Below, piece after piece: positions 11,001-21,837 of a stretch of DNA of 64,000 bases. Source of the stretch: Macrostomum hystrix (lineage: Eukaryota > Animalia > Platyhelminthes); the NCBI GenBank assembly GCA_950097015.1, contig CATNEN010000024.1, positions 2,852,001-2,916,000 of the forward strand. The letters run 5' to 3'. The first letter of the stretch is position 1. The number at the start of each line of letters is the position of its first letter. Both the position numbers and the translations under genes were made by a program. The notes beneath the pieces were generated by a model that had not been told where the DNA came from, searched no databases, and saw only the letters and a program-made list of their open reading frames with translations.

Positions 11001-14000
11001 CTGATCTGTCACTCATGTAACAGTGGGGCTGATCTGTCACTCATGTAACAGTGGGGCTGATCTGTCACTCATGTAACAGTGGGGCTGATCTGTCACTCCT
11101 GTAACAGTGGGGCTGATCTGTCACTCATGTAACAGTGGGGCTGATCTGTCACTCGTGTAACTGTGGTGCTTATCTGTCACTCCTGTAACTGTGAGGCTGA
11201 TCTGTCACTCATGTAACAGTGGGGCTGATCTGTCACTCATGTAACAGTGGGGCTGATCTGTCACTCGTGTAACTGTGGTGCTGATCTGTAACTCCTGTAA
11301 CTGTGGGTGCTGATCTGTCACTCCTGTAACTGGGGGGCTGATCTGTCACTCCTGTAACTGGGGGGCTGATCTGTCACTCGTGTAACTGGGGGGCTGATCT
11401 GTTAGCTGATCTGTCATCTGATCGTCTGTAACTGTGGCAGTTTTTCAGAGTTTCAGTCAGAACTAGCGCAGAGGGCCTAGCGTGTGAGGCTGTAATCTTA
11501 TATGAAAAGCATATCGAAAAGACCATTAGAAAGCTGAATCTCAATGAAACCCACGCAGAGCAAGCATTGGACGGACTTGTTCACGGGCCTAACGACCCCA
11601 GCGCCCAAACCATCCAGACGGTCGCCCAGCGTCAGCGTCAGCAGCAGCAGTGAGGCCTGGGACGACCTGCCCGACAGCGAACGGCTGCGTCGGGAGGCCG
11701 TCTGGGAGCTGTTTAAGTCGGAGCTGGTGTACCTAATCGACTATCTGATGGTGCTAAAGCATGTACGCAAGCTCCAGCGCAATTCCATTTTTTACAGCAC
11801 GCGTTTGTAAAATTCGCTTTCTTTGGTTTATCTTTCATCGAGTTTTCTTACTACATCTGAAAGCTAATTTCAATTCCAGTGCTTCTTAGAGCCTCTTAAA
11901 CGACTACAAGTGGACGGCCACCTGATGTTTGTAGAGCCAGAAGATTTGTTTGGCAACTTGGACGAGCTGTGCTATGTGAGAGCGACCTAGACAGATTTTT
12001 AATGCGCAAAATGCCTACTATGAGCAGCAATGCAAGGATAACCGATAGATGTAAACTAATACCCCTCGAACTCCGCACCGCTCAGGTGAGTTATACATTC
12101 TCCAGGGACATCATCTCAATTCTGTCCAAGGAGGCCAACAAGCTGCAGTTTGGCACAACAGGCGGGCTTTTGAAGGTTTTCAAACGGGTAAGCTTGATGA
12201 AGGCTGGGTGGCTGAGCCTTCTCGAACCAGATAATTTTTCTAAACTTGAACCAGAGTTAAGTCCAGAGAGCGAACAATGTCCTAGCTCCGTTGGCAGTGT
12301 CCGTCGCTTTGTTGTTGCTAAGTAAGATATCTACTAAATAAGTAAATTACATTTCAGTGGAGCAGCTCATCCAAGGATGGAGAAGTATACCACACCTACT
12401 GCCTGAACTATCACTGCGCCGTCACATACCTGGAGATTCTAAGAAAAAACGAACAGTTTACCGAGTTTGAACGGGTAACGGATTTTTTGATCGCTTTAGA
12501 AATTTGGCTGGGTTTTTTCTCTTATTTCTCTTATCAATATCACTACAGCTGTTAACTGGTTAGCAGGTAAAATTTTACTTCTACATTAAAAATGCCTTAA
12601 CCTGCTCCACCGTTTCCAAACAGCGCTGCGAGCAGGACCCGCGCTGTCGTCGGCTGCAGATCACGGATCTGCTAGTGGCTCCAATGCAGCACTGTACGAA
12701 GACTCCGCTGCTGCTGGCTGGCATTCGAAAGTACACAATCGACGATATTAGCCGGAGACTGCTCACAGAGAATCTCAAGCAGGTTGAGAGCTCGCTCAGT
12801 AAGGCTCCAATCTTTGAAAACAACAAACACAACAAACTTTAAACACACGTGATAAGATATGTGTTATTAATTGTCCCTTGTCTCTCCCGCTCTTGTTTGT
12901 TTGTTACTTGGTAGTTAACGTTTTTTTACTTTCTTCTCTCCATCGTCTCTGATTAGCTCACAATTTTACTCTCTCTCTCTCCACACCCCTCCTTTTCATC
13001 CCTTACCCCTGGCCCATCCTAACTCATTTTAAAATTCAGCCAACCCCTCTTGATCTCCTTTTGTTTAGATACATTGACTATCGGCCTAAGCCCGTCTAAA
13101 CTGCCAATCGTATGACACGTCTTTGGTGTACATGTGTGTGATGTCATAAATGAATAAATGAATAAATAAATGAATGGTCATACAAACTAGTGTACTATTG
13201 TGTGTTTTGACCTTGTTTTATGGCAGTGTTCTTAACAAGTCTATTAAACAAGGCTGGAACACATAATTGTAATTATTTTTTACAATTAGACTTTTGTTGG
13301 AAAATCAAATAAATTTACAATAAAAACGAGTTATTTTCGAGTTATCTTAAGGCAAAATCTTAGCTTCTTTCTCGGCAGTGTTTAGAGTTCAGTCCTCAAG
13401 TTTGACCTCATATGGATATGCAACTTTTCTACACGCAGAGAGCCTCGAGGACAAACTAAAATGGCTGCGCAATTTCGAACGCCTGCAGAACATCCAGCAG
13501 CAGCTGGTTTGGCCGCCAATCACCGAGCTGGAGAGCCGAGTGTTCATACCGGAGTTCCTCAAGAGCAGCCTATCAGCGCAGCCGTGTGAGAAGCTCATAG
13601 CCAATCCTAAACGACAGCTGGTGCACGAGGGCTACCTGAACTTGGTTGGTGAGTGCACCTAGCCACGTCAATCTAAGGTTGAGGTTCCCCTGGCAATCTA
13701 ACTATAATTTGTGGCGTTAAAATATTATAATTTGAATTGGCGCCAAATCAGTTCGTGCACGCTTCCAGTTTAAGGCTCTAAATTTGCATGATTGCATCTT
13801 ATATTAAAATTCACACGTTCTATACTTGAAAAAGCTTGAATTAAAAATATATACGAAGTAGCAAATTATAATCCTTTAAGGAGTGTAACACATATACTAT
13901 ACATGACTATACTATACATTTCACTAGGGGATCGGTGGACCACGATCCCTAAGTTCGATTCCACGGCGAGGCCACATTTATTTAGGGCGCAACCACGGAG

Positions 14001-17000
14001 AGAAGGCTTGGGGGCTTGTCGTGCAATTTACGCCCTCGAGGGCCAACCTCCAAGGCACAGTGAAGTGTACAGTGCCTGACGATGAGAAAGTCAGGGTAGA
14101 TGTACACACCTGTGTGAGCGTGCGCCTGCGTACGGTATTTGTGCGCGTGTGTGCTCAGGAGTCGGGCGGAATTGCCTCTCGCTGGCTGCTGGCTGATGTT
14201 ACCAAATGATGTGCCATTGCCCGCAGCACTCCTGCAATTATTATTATTACGAGTATTATACATCTCACTAAACAAGGAAATTGATGTTCGAATGCCTAAT
14301 ATCTAAACCTTTTTTACGTTTTAGAGGCCAACAGGAACCTGGAGATGTACTGCTTCCTGTTCGACGACATTCTTCTGCTGACAAAAGTCAAGAAGCCTCC
14401 AAAGAAGGTTAGGTTATACTTTTCGCCGTTTTTTCTGAATTCTGAACGGTCAATAAAGCTAAAAGCTTAAGAAATATCCATGGTAACTCACGGGTATACA
14501 AATTCTTTCCGCAGAGGTCCGTCTCCGATTCGTCGGTGTACTCGATGTCTCCAACCGAGGGTGCCGTGTTTGTTGTCTATCGCCAGCCAATCGCGTTGGA
14601 CCGGTTCAGCATTCACGACATCGGATTCGTTGAAGCGAGCGGTGAGAGTAGAATTTAGAAAACCAAATGGACTCTGCGTGTTTATTGACTGAGCAAATAA
14701 GGCAAATTTAGTTCTAGCTTTCCTGCAGTATATTACGAGAAATTGTATCGAATCTCGTACTACTGAAACACAACAAAATGTGTATATATTCGTATATGAG
14801 TTACTTACCACTAGCAACAGCTTTGTGTTCCCATAATATACGTCTGTTCAGAGTTGTCTATTTACACATTCATAAATGCTACTAACTGGACTTAGCTTGC
14901 TTTAACTCACTCAAGTACTGACAACACTTTAGTATTAAGTTATTATTAATTTATTAACTTACCAATTGGGTCCGATGTGCAGACGAAAACACAGCCGCAG
15001 CTGTTGCGCGGCGCATCTGAAGGCTGCGTACGACTGTTCAGTCCATGGACTGGGGAGGACGCCACACGGCCACCCTTAGTTACCCCAGCTGATGCTGGTA
15101 CCCATTTAACAGCTGGGTGAACTGAAGCAATGCAGAGTTAAGTGTCTTGCTAAAGGACACACATTGTTCCAATCTACTCGTAGTCGGGAATCGAACCCAC
15201 AACCTCCCAAAAATTACAAAAGAGTTACGAAAATACAGATTTCACTAATCTCATTCTAGAAGTCAATTGTAAGTATCGGATTTATGCTTTATCTTCTTGT
15301 AAATATGTCTTCCTGTGAAATATTCTTGTCTTCTTCTAGTCATAAGGATTCACAGGTATAATTTTTGCATCTTTCGTTTACAAAGATTAATTTCGGTAAT
15401 AGAGCTAAAAGTACAGTAAGCAGACACGGAAGTGCAGTGTAAACTACCACTCTTTCGGCAGCGCGACTGGCCCTGCACGAGTCCTCATTCATTACCGACT
15501 GCGTAATGGAGTGCACCGCATTCAAGCCCATCCAGGGCTCAGGTCTGTTGTTGCGCCGGCGACAAAGTCTGAATTGAATCGGATCAGTTAGTTTACAAAG
15601 GAGTTAAATCTATGGATTAGTCAAACTGACACCATACAAAGAGCACGCGCTTTTAATGGCCACTGTAGCTTGCTGCTTTCGCTGCTAGTATCGCATTTGC
15701 CTTGCTAATACTACGAGCGTACATGTATATTGTCTTACAATTAATTAGTTGAATAAAATATTCATGTCGTTATTAGACAAGAAGGACTATCACGAGCCTA
15801 TTGAGAGATACCAATAATAATAATAATAACAATTGTAGGAGGGCTGCGGGAAAAAGCACATCATTTGGTGACACTAGACCCGCAGCCAGCAAGGAGGCAA
15901 TTCCGCCCATTTCGCTGACTCCTGAGCACATACGCACACAGATACTGTACTCAGGCACATGCTCACACAGGTGTGTACATCTGCCCTCACTTTCTCATCG
16001 TCAGGCAGTGTACACTCTCACTGTGCCTTGGAGGTTGGCCCTCAAGGGCGTATATTGCACGAAAAGCCAACAAGCCTTCTCTCCACGACTGCGCCCCAAA
16101 TGAAGGGACATTTGGGAGATACCAAAGTTTTTAGCCAATAGCAACGGCTGAGTCCCCTGGTCATTACCATGCATCAGCGATAAGAGAATCGTGAGTCGAC
16201 ACTTATGAATGCAAAGAAGTAACACGTAACTTTCAACTATTTTATGAGGTGCTCCTATTGACATAAAAAATCCAGAAATAGGATTCGTTTCACCAATAAC
16301 TGCAACTACTCGTATAGGTGAAGTGCTGCACTACGACTTTCGTTTTCAACTATTCTAATCCTTTTAGACAGCGGTTTCTCAGTTTAAGAGGATAAACGAG
16401 GATTCGAAAACTACAACGAGCTATGTAGTTGCTATATTTATCTATTATTCTATCTACATGGGCCCCGGACAAGCAAAGCCAATTAGTTTTTCTGCCCACA
16501 ACATTCAGTCTCGTTGTTTACGCTTTGAGTAACCATTGTCCAAACAGTTCTTTTGTCAATTGTGCTAGTCGTCCGGATGCAACAGCTAGGCAGTTTAAAA
16601 AAAACTTCACAAATTGTTGTCTCTCTTTGAAAACCTTCAGCTAACGGCCTGAGGCACGCTTTCGTGCTGGTGCACATCAGCCGGTTTCAACAGATCATCG
16701 GAGTGTTCACCTTGCAGTCTAACACTGATCATCAGAAGGTCAGCAATTATTTGAGTCTCTTATCTCTCTGAAAATATACAAAATCTGACGTCGCCTGGTC
16801 ACTCACTGAACGCACCGGGCAGATCGTGTGGCTGGACCACCTGCGCCGAGCCCAGCAACACTACCAGGAGAAGCTGAAGTGCAAACTCGCCCAGGTGCAG
16901 CACCAGGGCGGCGTCATCGACAGCCCGGCGGCGGTCTCCGGGGTCGACAACAACAGCCAGCTGATCAGCAAGATGCATCGCATGCGTCTGCGGCGACAAT

Positions 17001-18265
17001 TCGGCGATGAGCTGGTTGAGGAGCCGCGGTCCACGAACTCGCAGCCGGCCACTCCGCGGCATCATCATCACAAGAGGCACAAGCAGCTGCAGCAGCAGCG
17101 GACACAACAGCAGTTGCAGCTGCGTGAGCTGGATGACGAAGACGACTTTGTTCAGCCGCAGGCAGCTGCAAAGGTGATCCTTAATGACAACAATAATAAT
17201 GATAATTGCAGGAGGGCTGTGGGCAATGGCACATCATTTGGTGACACTAGACCCGCAGCCAGCGAGGAAGCAATTCTGCCTATTTCGCTGACGTCAGAGC
17301 ACACACTCGCACATGATGTATACATCTGCCCAGACTTTCTCATCGTCTTGGCAGTGTAAACTTTCACAATGCCTTGGAGGTTGGCACTCAAGGGCCTAAA
17401 TTTTATGACAGTTTTGCTTGCTAACATGACGGGTTAGCTAAATGATCAAAATTGCGTCCTCAGTCACCCCACGAGTTTTCTTTTAAGTTTAAATTAATAA
17501 TGTATTATTTTGTTTCCATTTCACAATGGCAATAGACGTCATTGATTGCCGAGGTTAACCTTAACCACGATTGCCATTACGCAGCAGCAGCGGCCGTGTC
17601 ACGCATGCGGACTGATCCCTCTGCTCGCACAGCCACCGCAGCCGCTGCCTCCGCTGCCGCCGCCGTCCGAGAAGCGACGCGCGTTCGCCTATTCAGGTAG
17701 CCGGCGGCCTGGACAGGGATCGCTGGACAGCGCGCGGGCGGCCGTGGCCGGTGTTCTTCCAACAGCGGCCCTTGTCGGCGCAGCAGCTTTGGCGGCAGCG
17801 CGGAGCAGCCTGGAGACCATACACGCAGTCGAGGACGAGAACGTTGCCGTCGGCTGCAGCAGCGAGCTTGTGGTTGTGGCACAATCATCGGCTCAGTTTT
17901 CTCCGCCATTGTCACCGTTGATTCATGGCATGGCTTCTCCGCAGCGGCTGCCGGTTGAAAAATATTTACATCAGCCACCTCACCAGCAGCAGCAGCAGCA
18001 GCACCTTACCACCAGCCCGAAGCCGGAGAATCGAGGACTTAACCTGGGCCCAGCGGACATCCGGCCGCGATCTTCCAGCGACGCTCGCGAGTTCGACTTC
18101 AGCCCGGACTCGGATTCGGCTGCGGCGGCCGCTGCGGCCCACCAGGAGCGGTCGGCGTCCGTAGGCATAATTGGTGATCGTCGGCTTGACAGCATCAAAG
18201 AGGATCAGTCCCGGCTGGGCGCAGCTGGCCCACGGAGCAGGAGTCTGCAGCAATCTGGGGAGTGA
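2075..18265 (+). CDS. PLEKHG7: PLEKHG7-like Rho guanine nucleotide exchange factor (DH + PH domains), multi-exon
   Basis: Phase-consistent exons: 2075-2118, 2199-2485, 3590-3678, 8026-8151, 8831-9038, 9822-9859, 10119-10226, 11559-11762, 11880-11975, 12086-12187, 12358-12474, 12624-12798, 13439-13648, 14325-14407, 14515-14641, 16641-16738, 16823-17173, 17585-18265. Motifs REAVWELFKSELVYLIDYLMVLK, LFGNLDEL, YCLNY, CRRLQITDLLVAPMQ, KLKWLRNFERLQ..QLVWPP, FIPEFLK, MYCFLFDDILLLTK and QPIALDR match PLEKHG7 as I recall it. DH/PH exons (11559-16738) are secure. N-terminal exons, the start codon (1907 is in frame too) and the last acceptor are less certain. Confidence 0.85.
2503..3410. repeat. 20-bp minisatellite (GACCCCATTGTGTATTGAAT) split by a SINE C insertion
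   Basis: Units at ~2503-2600 and ~3201-3330, degenerating to GACCATAACTTGTCTTGTAT up to ~3410. Confidence 0.9.
2604..3200 (+). mobile_element. SINE family C copy 1 (~600 bp, tRNA-like head, TAGA tail)
   Basis: Begins GGGGGCGAGTGGGTCAGCGG (A box) ... GTTCGATTCT (B box); ends CCCCTGCAAATAGATAG; near-identical to 3874-4472. Confidence 0.85.
3874..4472 (+). mobile_element. SINE family C copy 2 with target-site duplication
   Basis: Same sequence as copy 1; (TAGA)n tail; direct repeat TAGGATTGCTAGCT at 3860-3873 and 4473-4486. Confidence 0.9.
4997..5958 (-). mobile_element. Internally deleted Tc1/mariner-superfamily transposon (maT/DD37D-like)
   Basis: TIRs of ~36 bp (CCGGGTGGCCCGTGCGTTTAAGGACAACTTAAAAAT, one mismatch and one indel) flanked by TA at 4995-4996 and 5959-5960. 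Transposase in three frames: HTH N-terminus (ATG 5809), MFLGVVASDG..PLIW, and KINSAEY...FQQDGAPAH...WPPSSPDCSPLDY ending at 5136. The first catalytic Asp region is missing. Confidence 0.93.
6154..6390 (-). mobile_element. SINE family A copy (tRNA head + CORE-like domain)
   Basis: Near-identical to 38415-38726; B box GGTTCGATTCCC on minus strand. Confidence 0.9.
6858..7953. repeat. 13-bp G-rich minisatellite (GGGATGGGATGTT) in a RhoGEF intron
   Basis: Directly visible; a short remnant recurs at ~8550-8585. Source of the spurious HPIPTSHPN / GWDVGMG ORFs. Confidence 0.97.
9270..9660 (+). repeat. SINE A remnant expanded into a 9-unit ~39-40-bp tandem array (CCCCTGTCCATGGACTGAACGAGCCTTTGTGGGCTCCACT)
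   Basis: Lead-in ATTAGCTGGG...GTGGCGGCGTCCCC matches the SINE A body; nine units counted, each with the (G)TCC(A/G)TGGACTGAA core. Confidence 0.9.
10268..11440. repeat. 28-bp minisatellite (CTGATCTGTCACTCCTGTAGATGTGGGA)
   Basis: About 40 visible units filling most of intron 10227-11558. Confidence 0.97.
13926..14250 (+). mobile_element. SINE family B copy
   Basis: B box AGTTCGATTCC, family body, (TTA)n tail after CTCCTGCAA. Confidence 0.88.
14940..15205 (-). mobile_element. SINE family A copy
   Basis: Body, CORE-like domain and B box as in 38415-38726; head truncated. Confidence 0.88.
15812..16105 (-). mobile_element. SINE family B copy, 5' truncated
   Basis: (TAA)n tail and family body. 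Confidence 0.88.
17185..17412 (-). mobile_element. SINE family B copy, 5' truncated, starting ~10 nt after the donor at 17174
   Basis: Tail ACAATAATAATGATAATTGCAGGAGGG and family body. Confidence 0.85.
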
Positions 18266-19681
18266 GAACAGATCTGCTCTGGTGAGCCTGGAGGCCACTT
18301 TCGTTAACCAGCTTCATGACTTAAAGGAAGCTGTCAATCGTACATCATAACAAAATTACCGATGAAGGATTATGTCATTCCTAGAAGTTATAGAAATTTT
18401 AATTTAAATCTATCGTTTATTATGACCCTTCAATTAAACTGACAACACACAAAGATTACACGTGCGTTTTGTTCCATCGAAATATTTTGAATCTATGAGT
18501 AATTAGCTTATTGTTTTAATATTTTCATCAAATTTACTATTTTCTATGCAAATACCTACACTTTCTAGGTTTGTAGGATATTCATTCCGTAAATATTTTC
18601 GTGAGTACTTTTAGAGAGTCGAGCTTGTTGTATTTTAGCACAATTGAAAGGCGAAATGTTTTTTGGCAATTTACTAATCAAGTTGTAGTTTAGTTGAATG
18701 CTCTTATACTGGTAGAACCATTGCTTCTTAATATCACATGCAGATTTGTGTAAATATCATCATGTTTATTTACGGTATTTATCTACTAACAATGACCATG
18801 CATACGACATCGCTTGAAAGCGTACAAACTGTAAAACTGGTGGTCTTAAGTTTTTTGCTGACAAACTACGACTGGTTTAATAATTTTTACTGTAAAAATG
18901 TTTACCGGTACCATAGTAATCATAATCCGTGTAACCATCGGCAATCATACTTGCCGCTTTAATATATATACGTAAGCATTTTTCGTATTAGTATTCTGTA
19001 GCCGAGTTTCGTTATGCTTAATTTCTAAGAGCATAAAAAATTAATTTCCCCTTTACAACATCAATAAAAATATTTTCCCCTAAAAATGAATATTTTCCTA
19101 TTAATATAGTTTAAGTAACTTTTAATCTTATTTTTCTTTCTCGTTATATTTTTTTATATAAATTACGACCTATTCAAATCCTGAGCCAACGGTTTAAATA
19201 ACTGTACTAATCATTACACCAAGTGTATGTTCCAAATGTCATGAAATTGCTTTTCTGTGGCGAAGTACAGTGTGCTACGCACATGTACACTGACTGACAG
19301 AGGACAAGGGCATGAGAGTATGCTCAGGGTCTGCGCAGTCCAGGTAAATTTGAGAGCGCCTTGCAGTAAAAGCGATTCAGTGTACACTTCACCTCCCCCA
19401 AACGTTTCTGTACACTTGCAAATTCTGCCTACCCTGTCCTGTCTCACCATGCCCCATTCTCTATCCACACACAGCTGTAACCCGTGGCAACGTGGCGCGT
19501 ATTCAACTAGTCCAGTGCCTCGCATTTCTAGTCACAATGCTTTCTCTCTGAAAGCTAAACATAAAATTAAATCGAAAACCTCTGCAACGCCACTACATCG
19601 AAGTTAAGCAAGTGACGGAGGCCAGAAAGACTATTGTAGGTTGCAAGCAACCACAGTGAATCGCACTCTAGCCGCTAAAAT

Positions 19682-21250
19682 ATGAGTCGTCTGTACGATA
19701 CCATAGAACCGTCCGTAGTGGACGACGAGATGCTGAGGACGGCGGTGCACGAGCAGGGCCCGAAGGGCGAAGCCGGTCGAATCGCAAAGAAGGAAGGCAT
19801 CGACTTTGCCACCGTCACTGAGCTGCGACTCGACTACCGCAACATCCTCAAAATTGACAACCTCTGGGCATTCGGCAGTTTGGTGAAGCTGCAGCTGGAC
19901 AACAACATCATCGAGTCAATCGAGGGCCTGGACCACCTCGTCCATTTGCGCTGGCTTGACCTCTCTTTTAATAACATCGGCCGCATTCAGGGACTGGATA
20001 AGCTCACTCGCCTCGAGGATCTCACCCTGTACAGCAACCGCATAGAGGTATTGGAGAACATGGACAGCCTCACAAATCTGCACGTGCTTTCTGTTGGCAA
20101 CAACAAGCTCGGCGACCTGGACAACCTGCTCTACCTGCGCAGATTCCGCCGCTTGCAGAGTCTAAACATCAAGGGCAACCCGGTGTGCGACAACCGCGAC
20201 TTTCGGGACTTTGTGCTCGCCTTTGTGCCGCAGCTGGACTTCCTTAACTACAAGCTCATCGACGCCGCTTTGCGTTCGGCCGCCAAAGAGCGATACGAAC
20301 TGAAAATCAACGAGATGGAGGACAATGAGAGACGCGAGGAAAGGCTAGCCGGCGAGAGAGCAGTTAAAGACGAGGAGCTCAAGCTACACAAGCTCGCCTT
20401 TGTTGAGAACTTGAACGGCGCCACCCTGTTTGAGAGTCTCTACCAGGAGGACACTGAGGGCCAGAAGCTCAACAAGATGCCAGGAGTAGACGAAAAACTG
20501 CAGCAGTTTCGCGACAAGTTCGTTGAAGTCTGCAAGCAGCTGTTCGACTTTGGACTGGCTGATCATCAGAAACGAGATGATGAGGTGAAACAGTTTCTGG
20601 ACTGCATTGACGAGGCTGAGGTAGCCAATAAGCGCATGGGAGAGGATCGCATCGCCGAGTTCATGACCTATCGCAGAGACTCAGTCGACGAGCTCATGCA
20701 GATGACGGACTCCAAGCTTGCTGAGTCCCGCCTGAAAGACTACGACGAAGAGGTAACGAAACTGTGGGACGACCTGATGGGCTACGAGTTACAATTGGTC
20801 GATCAGCTCGAGGAAGCCATTAAGGAATTCGACAGAAACCTTGAAGAGATGGTCGGCACCTTTGTTGAGAACGTGCAGACCCTCATGAGCAACTGCCGCG
20901 AGTTGGAGAACAACCACAATGAGCTCATGATGGAGACGGCAACCGTGTACCTGGAGAAGGTGATGAAGAATGAGCTTGAGGAGGAGCCACCAGACGATTT
21001 GAGGGATCTATTTGTCGAGAAGGACACTGTGGTGGCAGCCGTGCAGACGTCGCACGACTTGCACCTGCTCAAGATCGACAATAAGGAGGATGACATTGTG
21101 AAGCGCATCAAAGACTGGAAGAAAGACCTGATGGAGACAATGAACACCGAACGAGAAATCAAGCGAAACAGGTCACGCGTGCTTGAGATCAACAACCTGG
21201 TAGATCACTTGCGGGAGGACATGCAGAATCTGGATATACCTGCAATTTGA
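19682..21250 (+). CDS. DRC3: Dynein regulatory complex subunit 3 (LRRC48), single exon, 522 aa
   Basis: N-terminus MSRLYDTIEPSVVDDEML..AV.EQGP..EAG.IAK.EGIDF, LRRs (LRLDYRNILKIDNL, LQLDNNIIESIEGL, LDLSFNNI, LSVGNNKL, NPVC) and an acidic coiled-coil C-terminus, matching DRC3. Confidence 0.95.
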   Translation: MSRLYDTIEPSVVDDEMLRTAVHEQGPKGEAGRIAKKEGIDFATVTELRLDYRNILKIDNLWAFGSLVKLQLDNNIIESIEGLDHLVHLRWLDLSFNNIGRIQGLDKLTRLEDLTLYSNRIEVLENMDSLTNLHVLSVGNNKLGDLDNLLYLRRFRRLQSLNIKGNPVCDNRDFRDFVLAFVPQLDFLNYKLIDAALRSAAKERYELKINEMEDNERREERLAGERAVKDEELKLHKLAFVENLNGATLFESLYQEDTEGQKLNKMPGVDEKLQQFRDKFVEVCKQLFDFGLADHQKRDDEVKQFLDCIDEAEVANKRMGEDRIAEFMTYRRDSVDELMQMTDSKLAESRLKDYDEEVTKLWDDLMGYELQLVDQLEEAIKEFDRNLEEMVGTFVENVQTLMSNCRELENNHNELMMETATVYLEKVMKNELEEEPPDDLRDLFVEKDTVVAAVQTSHDLHLLKIDNKEDDIVKRIKDWKKDLMETMNTEREIKRNRSRVLEINNLVDHLREDMQNLDIPAI

Positions 21251-21747
21251 TTGCGCACAGCAGTACTGAGTTCACGGTGCCAGAAGTATCAACAGACATT
21301 TAAGTAGCTGGCACTGTCTCTTTTGAAACTTTTTTTTGTTTTCGATAGTTCGTAAGAATCGTGGCATAAATAGTTTTGTCTAATCGAGATTCTTCAGAAA
21401 AAGCTACGAGTCTTACTGTTGCTATCAATGAGTAGGCATTGACCCCTTGTTTCCTGTTGTTTGTAATGTACATCGTATCAGATACAAATAATGCCTTCTT
21501 TCCCAATAATTTGCGTTTTATGCTGCTCTTACGTTATTGCTGATTTACTGAGTTATTTATAGATTCTCACGGCCAGAAACAGCAAAGTAAGGACCCAACT
21601 TGTTTGTCTGATGGGGGAGAATTTTACACAACTCCCTGAGGCCACAGGGCGTCAATCTTGCCCTAAAAAAGATTTTGAAAAGTAGTTGATCCACACAGCA
21701 CGTAATTTAGCAAAACACCTGCTAATTAAAGCTAAAAATTGCTAGAC

Positions 21748-21772
21748 AATAAACTCTGCCCACTAGTTTATT
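21748..21772. terminator. Back-to-back polyadenylation signals for convergent DRC3 (+) and MRPL18 (-)
   Basis: AATAAA on + at 21748-21753; AATAAA on - (TTTATT) at 21767-21772. Confidence 0.5.
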
Positions 21773-21837
21773 GAGACACATTTATGTAGCCAGCGCATAC
21801 AGATTTAGGAGAAAATATTAATTTAAAAAATGTTGGG

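Noticed and set aside
13060-13180. L2/CR1-like 3' end with (AATAAATG)n tail
   Set aside because: Only the tail is suggestive; no RT remnant or second copy is visible.
19284-19386. 10-bp inverted repeat TGTACACTGA/TCAGTGTACA upstream of DRC3
   Set aside because: Short enough to arise by chance; no other supporting structure.
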